DNA from: a virus | Length of the DNA: 64,000 bases | Virus record (IMG/VR): IMGVR_UViG_3300045988_174992 | Strand: one strand, 5' to 3' | In this document: one piece after another, positions 8,349 through 16,519 of the stretch | How the letters are laid out: the number at the start of each line of letters is the position of its first letter | Numbering within the stretch: position 1 is the first letter of the stretch | Made by a program: the position numbers and the translations under genes | Notes under the pieces: generated by a model | Seen by the model: only the letters and a program-made list of their open reading frames with translations | Told to the model about the DNA's origin: nothing | The model's database searches: none

Positions 8349-8879
8349 TTATCCTAAGTTAACTCTATTTGATGTACCAATCTTGTTTACATAGATTTCA
8401 ATGTAAGTCATTCTACGGTTAGTACCGAAATCACCACCTTCATCCATGTTGTTGATGTAGACTAATTCATCTTTCATACCATTGATAAAGAACATTTCTC
8501 TCAAGGTTGAACCAGTCATTACATTATCATCATATTCTTCTGAATCACCATCCAAAATCATATAACCATTCTTTCTTGCGATATTATCTAAGTAAGTGAA
8601 ACCTACATAGTCACCACCTTCATCACCATAATTCAATGAAATTTTCCATTCATTCAAATTAGAGTTATGCAATATTGAAATGATATCTTTGATAGTGAAA
8701 CAAGAATCATCTTCTTTAATCACAAGAACAGTGTCATAATTCTTGTGGTTTACAATCTTAACTCCAAATGAAGTATTGTATTTATCATTAACATTCTCAA
8801 TATTGCTCTTGATAATTTCAGCTTTTGTCATAACTTCTGTTCTTAATATCACCGAAGTGATGTTATTAATCATAATCAT
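8349..8879 (-). CDS. Hypothetical protein (true start possibly ATG at 8831)
   Basis: 176-aa ORF. Its first 16 codons overlap a conserved leader motif (AACATCACTT) seen in two non-coding leaders, so MTKAEII at 8831 may be the real start. Confidence 0.7.
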   Translation of the reverse strand: MIMINNITSVILRTEVMTKAEIIKSNIENVNDKYNTSFGVKIVNHKNYDTVLVIKEDDSCFTIKDIISILHNSNLNEWKISLNYGDEGGDYVGFTYLDNIARKNGYMILDGDSEEYDDNVMTGSTLREMFFINGMKDELVYINNMDEGGDFGTNRRMTYIEIYVNKIGTSNRVNLG

Positions 8880-8892
8880 TTTTATTTAACGA

Positions 8893-8925
8893 TTATAATA
8901 TAGAAAAAAGCCTTAATTTTTCAAA
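8893..8925 (-). promoter_or_regulatory. Promoter-family member P1
   Basis: Minus strand reads TTTGAAAAATTAAGGCTTTTTTCTATATTATAA. Sits 14 nt upstream of ATG 8879. The upstream box overlaps the 3' end of the preceding gene. Confidence 0.6.
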
Positions 8926-9152
8926 TTTTTCCTAAAATTTTTCAATTTATTTTTATTGTAATACTTTAGTATCTGATAAAATGCATACAATCCACCAACA
9001 AAACATAAGAAGATTATAATAGGGATCCAAAGTGGTGCAGTTACCCACCACCAAGACCAATCAATAACATTAGTCAACTTAAGTACAAGAAATACCAAGA
9101 ACAAGACACTTGAAAAGGATAATCCACTTGTATAATTGCTATTATTTTCCAT
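8913..9152 (-). CDS. Small membrane protein (2 predicted TM helices)
   Basis: 79 aa. Hydrophobic segments VLFLVFLVL and WSWWWVTAPLWIPIIIFLCFVGGLYAF. Basic C-terminal tail. Confidence 0.7.
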   Translation of the reverse strand: MENNSNYTSGLSFSSVLFLVFLVLKLTNVIDWSWWWVTAPLWIPIIIFLCFVGGLYAFYQILKYYNKNKLKNFRKNLKN

Positions 9153-9180
9153 TTGATTTTATATGTTTAAATTTGTTAAA

Positions 9181-9275
9181 TATTCACACAGGGACGTTAA
9201 AATTATCTTAACTGATAGAATATACTGAAATATGTTATTCCGCTCCCTGTGTGACCCAGGCACATTCCTATAGTT
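9181..9275 (-). repeat. 95-bp intergenic repeat family, copy C1
   Basis: Shares the boxes GTGCCTGGGTCACACAGGGAGCGGAA ... TTAACGTCCCTGTGTGAATA with copies at 21305, 37019 and 63498. Contains an 11-bp internal inverted repeat TCACACAGGGA/TCCCTGTGTGA. Confidence 0.85.
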
Positions 9276-9280
9276 ATTTT

Positions 9281-9739
9281 TCAAAAATGCTTAGCAAGTT
9301 CTGTATTTGAAAAGAACATCATATTGACACATTTAGCCATCCATTCAACTAAACCTTCATTACATGACTCTTCAAAATACTGACCAGATTCAAGCATGAT
9401 GTGAATACACTCATGTACAAATGTTTGCTTTATCTGTTCTGGTTTCAATGGCTTACCAGATGGAGTAGTCAATGACAAGTTGATTACCTGTTCTGATAAG
9501 TTGCTGTTACCAAAGATCCAGCAAGAAGTATCGTAATCAGAATATACTTTATCATGAAAACAAACATCAATGGTTTCACCAAACAAGTTGAACTGAAAAT
9601 CTTCATACTTCTTCTGTTTCTTCATATTTCTATTTGTATTAGTATTCTTTACATTATTGTTCTTTGAAGCTCTGCAAGGTTTGTTGAATATGATTTTCTC
9701 ATCAGGATTCAACACATCTTTTGCAAACTCAGTGTCCAT
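9281..9739 (-). CDS. Putative zinc metallopeptidase (HExxH)
   Basis: 152 aa with FVHECIHIMLE (HExxH) near the C-terminus. Family not identifiable by eye. Confidence 0.45.
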   Translation of the reverse strand: MDTEFAKDVLNPDEKIIFNKPCRASKNNNVKNTNTNRNMKKQKKYEDFQFNLFGETIDVCFHDKVYSDYDTSCWIFGNSNLSEQVINLSLTTPSGKPLKPEQIKQTFVHECIHIMLESGQYFEESCNEGLVEWMAKCVNMMFFSNTELAKHF

Positions 9740-9787
9740 AAAATCTACTACTTTTCCATAATCATCATTATTAATTATTTACGTAAT

Positions 9788-9818
9788 GAATATAGAAAAA
9801 AATGCAGGAAATTTCAAA
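9788..9818 (-). promoter_or_regulatory. Promoter-family member P2
   Basis: Minus strand reads TTTGAAATTTCCTGCATTTTTTTCTATATTC, upstream of 9281-9739. Confidence 0.65.
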
Positions 9819-9836
9819 AGAAAAATCCTGCATTTT
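9799..9836 (-). terminator. Terminator hairpin interleaved with P2
   Basis: 11-bp stem (9799-9809 with 9826-9836). The loop carries the TGAAATTT box. The 3' arm is followed on the minus strand by a T-run and then the TTCTATATT box. Lies right after the stop of 9838-10674. Confidence 0.6.
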
Positions 9837-9837
9837 G

Positions 9838-10674
<837 letters not shown>

Positions 10675-10708
10675 TTTCTTATTTAAATACTAAACATTAT
10701 AAATATAG

Positions 10709-11347
10709 TTATTTGTCTTTAATAAGTTCACTCTTATTGTTATCAAAAACCATATCTTTTTCTTCAATTTCCAACTTTATTTTATCATCCATATATTTTA
10801 CAATATTGCTTGATCTAGTTCTCTTGAAGATATCCCATAAGTCATATAGCAATCCATCATCTGATGTGTTTGTAACATCAAATTCTGACCAATCAACAAT
10901 GAACCTTAGATTTTCCAATGCATAATTCTTAAGATCATCTTGTTCACCTTTAAAGTTGTCATCTAATGATTTGTCAAAGCCAAATGTACAATGCAATCCA
11001 TCTTTTGCATCTTCTTTCTTTTCAAACTCAAATCTAGAATCTATAATATTATCAGCATTAGCACCAAAATATTCTTTAGCTAAATCATCATCAGATGGCA
11101 TGCTTTCAAGAAGCAAATCAGATATATATTGATTGATATCATCATCTGTATAGTCTTCTGGTACTTCTATTACAAAAATACCTTTTCGGTTTTCTGGATC
11201 TTTCACCTTCCAAATAGCTTCAAAGTCATTCAATCTGATAGTCTGATCTCTATCTTCATTTAGAGCAAAAGGAGAGTTCGTTGCCAAGCTCTCCTTCATA
11301 TATTCTACTAACTGTTTCATAGTTTTATCCAATTCTAATTTGTTCAT
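10709..11347 (-). CDS. Hypothetical acidic protein
   Basis: 212-aa ORF. Its start overlaps the stop of the 11344 ORF by 4 nt. Confidence 0.7.
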   Translation of the reverse strand: MNKLELDKTMKQLVEYMKESLATNSPFALNEDRDQTIRLNDFEAIWKVKDPENRKGIFVIEVPEDYTDDDINQYISDLLLESMPSDDDLAKEYFGANADNIIDSRFEFEKKEDAKDGLHCTFGFDKSLDDNFKGEQDDLKNYALENLRFIVDWSEFDVTNTSDDGLLYDLWDIFKRTRSSNIVKYMDDKIKLEIEEKDMVFDNNKSELIKDK

Positions 11348-11634
11348 GATAATGGTCCTTCATGACCTTTCATTCTGCCATTTTTCTTCAAACAAGCATC
11401 AAATACTTTTGATGAACTTGCTTTTGATTTAGCAGATTCCCAATCTTCTCTATTTACAAATATAGATTCAGGATATTTCTTGTAATCTGTATACCATCTT
11501 ATATCATATTTATCTACAAGTCTCCATACATCTATCATCTCATTGAGTTCAAGAACATTTTCATTATCTGTAGGATCCATTTTTGTAGGAGCATCACATT
11601 TCTTCTCCAACAGCATACATACTAAACTTCTCAT
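11344..11634 (-). CDS. Hypothetical protein
   Basis: 96-aa ORF. Abuts the stop of 11635-12321. Confidence 0.6.
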   Translation of the reverse strand: MRSLVCMLLEKKCDAPTKMDPTDNENVLELNEMIDVWRLVDKYDIRWYTDYKKYPESIFVNREDWESAKSKASSSKVFDACLKKNGRMKGHEGPLS

Positions 11635-12321
11635 TTATAAATCTTTATGGTTTGGATTCATTGCCTTACAGATAGCATTGATAGCAGCTTTATCATCTTC
11701 TGATAAATACTTTAAGCAATCATCATCATGTCTACCACCTTTTTCTTGCATCAAATATACTGGAATGAAATTATCTGTATCTATAATATAGAAAAATTCC
11801 ACACGACCCGTATTAGTAAATAATTCTACAAAAGTAAATGGCTTCTTTGCTTCTAAATCATTTATCTTTTCAGCTATTCTACTGAATTTATTTGATATCT
11901 TTCTCCAATTACCTTCTGATATGATAGATTGTCGTAAGAAGATTTGTCTATCTCCACTTTTATTGGATGCAACATAAACATTAGAGAAGAATTCCAAATC
12001 ATCATTTTGTATTTCAAGAGCTGTACCTCTGCTAAGATCTCTCAAAATTGCACCACCTCTCCAATTCTTAGCTAATGCTTTAAGTCTAACAATAGATTTC
12101 TTATCGACATTATAGTAGATGTTGAATTTCTTTTCTTCATCATCTGGATTTTCGTTCATCAATTCTTTATCAATATTATCTTTAAATGCCTGCAAGAACT
12201 TTTCTGCTCGAGGATCTCCAAGTTTCTTTGCTTTCTTAGCAGCATTCAAATATGTTTCACCTTTCAATTCAAAAACATATTCATCAAGTTTTTCGTTTGG
12301 ATATTCCGAAATGCTAATCAT
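11635..12321 (-). CDS. Hypothetical protein
   Basis: 228-aa ORF in an operon-like array. Confidence 0.7.
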   Translation of the reverse strand: MISISEYPNEKLDEYVFELKGETYLNAAKKAKKLGDPRAEKFLQAFKDNIDKELMNENPDDEEKKFNIYYNVDKKSIVRLKALAKNWRGGAILRDLSRGTALEIQNDDLEFFSNVYVASNKSGDRQIFLRQSIISEGNWRKISNKFSRIAEKINDLEAKKPFTFVELFTNTGRVEFFYIIDTDNFIPVYLMQEKGGRHDDDCLKYLSEDDKAAINAICKAMNPNHKDL

Positions 12322-12622
12322 TTTTTCCTTTATTTAATGCATTTATAGTGTCTATAATTTTCTTAAGAATATAGATATTGTCATAGTTGTCTGGTAATCC
12401 TTTTGCATCATCATTCATCATATCAGTCAATGCATTGAAGTTGATTCCACTGTCATCTACCAGTTTCTTGAAACCTTCTATATCTTTCTGGTTTGGTGCT
12501 TCTTTCATGAATGCGTCTAATGAAGATAATTCTATTCCTTTAGACCAATTGTCAAATTTCCATTGAATGTTGTCACCATCCAATTCTTCTTTCATGACTA
12601 CATAGCTCTTAAGATTAATCAT
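12314..12622 (-). CDS. Hypothetical protein
   Basis: 102-aa ORF with a TAG stop. Overlaps both neighbours by a few nt. Confidence 0.6.
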   Translation of the reverse strand: MINLKSYVVMKEELDGDNIQWKFDNWSKGIELSSLDAFMKEAPNQKDIEGFKKLVDDSGINFNALTDMMNDDAKGLPDNYDNIYILKKIIDTINALNKGKND

Positions 12623-12990
12623 CGCTTTTTACCAGTATTTTTGAACCAATCATACAACTGTTCTGCAAAGTCAACTTTTTTAAAATTGAATGCAACCTTC
12701 ATAGTATCATAACTAGAATCATGAATTTCTATATACAGATATTCTTTTCCACTTATTGTTTCTGTATGAGCATCAAATGAAATTTCTTTGCTTTGACTTG
12801 AAGTGATCCAATCTTCTTTATTAGGACCACCATCACTGTACATATTCAGATTAGATACTAATTCTGATATGGCTTTGCTTTTTGACAACTTGGATAATTC
12901 TATATACTTGTCAATGAATTGCTTGAGAGTAATCTTCATTGTATATCTTTCAATGCTACTCTCAAGCAAATATTCAGATAAACTTTTCAT
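12619..12990 (-). CDS. Hypothetical protein with CTS-like N-terminal leader (MKSLSEYLLE)
   Basis: 123 aa. The leader is shared with six other ORFs. Weak similarity to its 12992 neighbour (FKKVD motif). Confidence 0.65.
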   Translation of the reverse strand: MKSLSEYLLESSIERYTMKITLKQFIDKYIELSKLSKSKAISELVSNLNMYSDGGPNKEDWITSSQSKEISFDAHTETISGKEYLYIEIHDSSYDTMKVAFNFKKVDFAEQLYDWFKNTGKKR

Positions 12991-12991
12991 C

Positions 12992-13372
12992 TTACTTACA
13001 ATTCTTTATGAATTTCTTAGCAGCTGATGTCAATCCAATTTTCTCTATCTTGAATGTAAACCAATCTTTATCATCTACTTTCTTGAAGTATATGAATAAT
13101 GAAATGAAGCTACCAAAGTTGTCCTCATACTTGAATTCAAACTTTTCATTCAAATTCTTCTTAATATATTCTACCATCTGTTCAGGTTTCTTGAACTTTG
13201 GATTACCATCATTGAATTCAAAAGTATCAGATGCAATAGAGCTTACAAGATTGTCTACTGTCAACTTCTTTGAATCTTTCTTTATTAAAGCATCAAGAAA
13301 ATCTTGCATTGTTGAAATGCAAGAATATTCTTTTGCTTTAGATTCTGAAATATATTCTGTTAATGATTTCAT
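12992..13372 (-). CDS. Hypothetical protein with CTS-like N-terminal leader (MKSLTEYISE)
   Basis: 126 aa. Leader as above. Confidence 0.65.
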   Translation of the reverse strand: MKSLTEYISESKAKEYSCISTMQDFLDALIKKDSKKLTVDNLVSSIASDTFEFNDGNPKFKKPEQMVEYIKKNLNEKFEFKYEDNFGSFISLFIYFKKVDDKDWFTFKIEKIGLTSAAKKFIKNCK

Positions 13373-13378
13373 AATATT

Positions 13379-14578
13379 TTACTCACGATATGCAGTATCA
13401 TTGTCATTTATACGAAATACTGATGGATCTGCATTTCTCTGATCTTCATCATTCAAACACTCTTTATAGAGAGAATACAACTCAGCAAATGCTTTATTCA
13501 ACTCTGGAGTATTCTTAATGTACTGAAGAACTTTGAAATTAGAATTAGTAACTTCTGATGGATTCTTCATACCATACTTAGCCATAATCTGCTTTGCTTT
13601 AAGCTTTTCATGACCAAACAATCCATTCATACTATAGAATACATCAAGCTGCTTTTCAGTAAATTTCTTCTCAAGCATCTTAACAATCATCTTCCAAAGC
13701 TTAGCAATATCTTGCTGGTCGAGTGAAGCATCTGCATCTTCTTTAGAGTCAACCTTATCAAAGATTCCCTTGCCTTCATCTCCACCACCAATAGGTGATT
13801 CACCGGATACTGAAGTCTGCTTTGTATTTCTACCTGTATCTTTACGTTCCTTATTCTGAACAGAAACTGGAATACGTACTAAGTGTGAAGTATTCTTGAT
13901 ATTTTCAAGGATTACAATGCGAATCAAATAGCTAGCATAACTCAAGAAAGTGAATGCCTTACGCTTCTTCATTTCATCTTTCAATTCTCCAGCCATCTCT
14001 TCTGCTTCAGCATTCTTTCCTCCACGCTTCTTAGCAGTCTCTTCAGAAGACTTACCATATTGGTTCATTGCAATTGTAAGACCTTCCATACCGAAAGCAA
14101 ACAAATCGTCAAGAGAGAAGCTAGACTTTCCATTGAATCCACGAGCAATCTTCCAAACCAATGGAGTATACTTCTTAGCTACAGCATCACGACCCTTCTT
14201 AGTCTTCAAATCAAGCAATATCTCATCTGGTGAAATCTCATTCTTGATAATTGCGTTGAATTGCTCTTCAGTCTGAAATACTGGTACTTCAAGAAGACGG
14301 TGAGCCTTAGCAAGTGTTCCAATCCACTTGTACAATTCCTGCAACTTAGGATCTTTTGGTTTACCCTTACCATAGAAATTTTGCAATGAGCCAAGCTCCT
14401 TCATATATGTAGCATTGTTTACAATCAACCAATTGATGATTTCTTTAGCCTCAACAGAAATGAACTTGTCTGCTGTAGTAAGATATGTCTTAAGCTTAGC
14501 AGATGGAATGAAATCCAAAGTATCATTCTGTACATCAAGTGACTTAGCTTCTGCAACAAATTCTGATAATTTCTTCAT
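13379..14578 (-). CDS. Sigma-70-family RNA polymerase sigma factor (regions 2-4) with CTS-like leader (MKKLSEFVAE)
   Basis: Region 2-like YTPLVWKIARGF..SLDDLFAFGMEGLTIAMNQY. Region 2.4/3-like FLSYASYLIRIVILENIKNTSHLVRIPVSV (compare FSTYATWWIRQAI..RTIRIP). Region 4-like LTEKQLDVFYSMNGLFG..KAKQIMAKYGM..SEVTNSNFKVLQYIK. Confidence 0.8.
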   Translation of the reverse strand: MKKLSEFVAEAKSLDVQNDTLDFIPSAKLKTYLTTADKFISVEAKEIINWLIVNNATYMKELGSLQNFYGKGKPKDPKLQELYKWIGTLAKAHRLLEVPVFQTEEQFNAIIKNEISPDEILLDLKTKKGRDAVAKKYTPLVWKIARGFNGKSSFSLDDLFAFGMEGLTIAMNQYGKSSEETAKKRGGKNAEAEEMAGELKDEMKKRKAFTFLSYASYLIRIVILENIKNTSHLVRIPVSVQNKERKDTGRNTKQTSVSGESPIGGGDEGKGIFDKVDSKEDADASLDQQDIAKLWKMIVKMLEKKFTEKQLDVFYSMNGLFGHEKLKAKQIMAKYGMKNPSEVTNSNFKVLQYIKNTPELNKAFAELYSLYKECLNDEDQRNADPSVFRINDNDTAYRE

Positions 14579-14665
14579 ATTTTCTTGAACTTTTTAAGTT
14601 TGAATTTCTAAATTTAATTTTTGTTCTTAAAGAACTAAAAGTGATGTTATTATTTCAAACAGGTC

Positions 14666-14698
14666 TTGAAATATATCAAGTACATGTTCTATTTTATA
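14666..14698 (+). promoter_or_regulatory. Promoter-family variant, plus strand (only plus-strand copy seen)
   Basis: TTGAAATAT-N12-TTCTATTTTATA, about 105 nt upstream of ATG 14806. Back-to-back with minus-strand P3. Confidence 0.45.
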
Positions 14699-14707
14699 TA
14701 ACGAGAT

Positions 14708-14737
14708 GAATATAGAACAATAGGATAAAATTTCAAA
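14708..14737 (-). promoter_or_regulatory. Promoter-family member P3 (sigma-factor operon)
   Basis: Minus strand reads TTTGAAATTTTATCCTATTGTTCTATATTC, about 130 nt upstream of ATG 14578. Confidence 0.65.
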
Positions 14738-14805
14738 CAAAATATGAAAAATTTTATTTTTTAATTGCCTAATTCACCTATTAGATAAAAATAGAGAAAT
14801 TTATA

Positions 14806-15351
14806 ATGATTTACAAGAAATCACATGGTATAAGTTGGATATTTAAGAAAATTGGATCAAATACCCTGACTTGGAGATTAGTAATGTTAGTACAATCAAT
14901 ATACAGATACATTACTGACATGTCATACATATCTGATACTTTATACAGTAAAGAATTCCTTACAGTTCTGAAGCAGTATCTTAGAATATCTGTAAAGAAA
15001 GATTGGATTGGAAGATTGTATGGTGTAATAAACCCATATATTGATATTGATGGAAAGATTGACTTCAACAATACAATCATAGAAATTGATGGAGACAATA
15101 CAAACAGTAATGAATATGTGAAGAATTGGGTATATAGACAGTTCAATTTGATTGACAATCTGTTCAAGATAAACAAACTTTATGATTATATTAATGTCGA
15201 CATAAAGCATGTGGGACCATTGAATGCAGACAATTATCTTATTGTAATTGATATTGTGAGCAGAAAAGAAATGGCTTATGCTTTGAAACGTGTTTTGAAA
15301 CAAACTATATTATATATGATTATCGCACTAAGTGCAGTAATATTGCTATAA
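14806..15351 (+). CDS. Hypothetical protein with C-terminal TM segment
   Basis: 181-aa ORF. C-terminus ILYMIIALSAVILL is hydrophobic. Start uncertain. Confidence 0.55.
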   Translation: MIYKKSHGISWIFKKIGSNTLTWRLVMLVQSIYRYITDMSYISDTLYSKEFLTVLKQYLRISVKKDWIGRLYGVINPYIDIDGKIDFNNTIIEIDGDNTNSNEYVKNWVYRQFNLIDNLFKINKLYDYINVDIKHVGPLNADNYLIVIDIVSRKEMAYALKRVLKQTILYMIIALSAVILL

Positions 15352-15374
15352 ATTTACGTAAATTAAAAACCATT

Positions 15375-15893
15375 ATGAGTAAGAGAAAGTTATCAGAAGT
15401 AGAAAAGAATCAGCAAATTTACAATGACTTTGTAAAGACACTTGAAGGTAAGACAAATGAAGAGTTGCTTGCAATGGAGCAGGATCTCATCAAGGAAATT
15501 GACAAGCATGACCGTAAGGTTGCAAAGTATGAATTTAAGGTTGCTGATAAGGAAGCATTGAAGGAAGCTGTAGAAATTTATCGTTTCTTCATCAATAAGC
15601 AGAAGCTCCAGTTCAGTTATGTTGAAGGAATGCTTCAATTGTGGGATGCATTCAATCCAGATCTTGAGACAATTCCATACCCAACACTTGATGTAATATT
15701 GATGAATCTGGGTCAGCTTCAGTTTGAAGGTCATGATGAGTGGGTAAAGATCATGAAGTTCAATGAGTTTACTAAGCCATATTCAGATGAATATACTAAG
15801 CTTAAGGCTCGTACTTACTTGCTTTCAGAGGAGCATTCAGCTCTTCAATCTAAGCTCGGACTTGATGATGCCGCTACATCTAACAACAAGTAA
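15375..15893 (+). CDS. Hypothetical protein
   Basis: 172-aa ORF followed by a strong terminator. Confidence 0.7.
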   Translation: MSKRKLSEVEKNQQIYNDFVKTLEGKTNEELLAMEQDLIKEIDKHDRKVAKYEFKVADKEALKEAVEIYRFFINKQKLQFSYVEGMLQLWDAFNPDLETIPYPTLDVILMNLGQLQFEGHDEWVKIMKFNEFTKPYSDEYTKLKARTYLLSEEHSALQSKLGLDDAATSNNK

Positions 15894-15907
15894 GAGTTAA
15901 TTACTGA

Positions 15908-15934
15908 ATGGAGAACTTAAGTTCTCCATTTTTA
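15908..15934 (+). terminator. Intrinsic terminator
   Basis: ATGGAGAAC-TTAA-GTTCTCCAT followed by TTTTT. Confidence 0.75.
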
Positions 15935-15955
15935 GTTTTATAAAAATTTTAGAAA

Positions 15956-16366
15956 ATGAAAATAATAGATAATTCGCCAATATGGGAACATGAAGATTTT
16001 GTAATGAGAAATCCAATGGTTGATTGCAAAATTGACAATATAGTAATAGGATGGATGATTGTGGATAAAGATACTGATGTACCTGAATCTTTTCAAATAT
16101 CATTTACCAAAGATGAATTGACTAGGTATTATAAGATATTTGAGAATCTGGTTGGTTTCATTATAAGTAAGATAGTTGATGGGTCAGTAAGCTACATTAC
16201 ACATTATGTTGATACACACGATTTTGGAAATCTGAATTACGAGAATATAATGGATCATGTTGAATTTCTATCTAAATTGAGATTTGAAGTACATACTTGG
16301 TTTGTACATGACAATATCAATATACTTAAAAGTTTTGAAGAATTGATTAAAGAAAAAATTAAATGA
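15956..16366 (+). CDS. Hypothetical protein
   Basis: 136-aa ORF. Confidence 0.65.
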   Translation: MKIIDNSPIWEHEDFVMRNPMVDCKIDNIVIGWMIVDKDTDVPESFQISFTKDELTRYYKIFENLVGFIISKIVDGSVSYITHYVDTHDFGNLNYENIMDHVEFLSKLRFEVHTWFVHDNINILKSFEELIKEKIK

Positions 16367-16515
16367 ATATGGGCAAAGCATTAGAAAGTCTTAAGAAATA
16401 TTTTGAAGAAACACCAAAAGAACAATTAGACAAGGACTTTAAAGAAATAGACAATAAATGGGGTCATATAGGACCAACAGTTGAAGAATGGTTAGAAAGC
16501 AATTTTAAAAAGTAA
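16363..16515 (+). CDS. Small hypothetical protein (50 aa, below the ORF-track cutoff)
   Basis: Its ATG overlaps the TGA of the preceding gene (ATGA). Translates to MNMGKALESLKKYFEETPKEQLDKDFKEIDNKWGHIGPTVEEWLESNFKK. Fills an otherwise empty 150-nt gap and ends 4 nt before the helicase start. Confidence 0.45.
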   Translation: MNMGKALESLKKYFEETPKEQLDKDFKEIDNKWGHIGPTVEEWLESNFKK

Positions 16516-16519
16516 TTTT

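Noticed and set aside
9181-9275. The 95-96 bp repeat family as a MITE or as tRNA genes
   Set aside because: The inverted repeats are internal rather than terminal, since conservation continues past them. No target-site duplications are seen and no transposase lies in the window. No T-loop or cloverleaf can be drawn. It is kept as an unexplained repeat, not a mobile element or tRNA.
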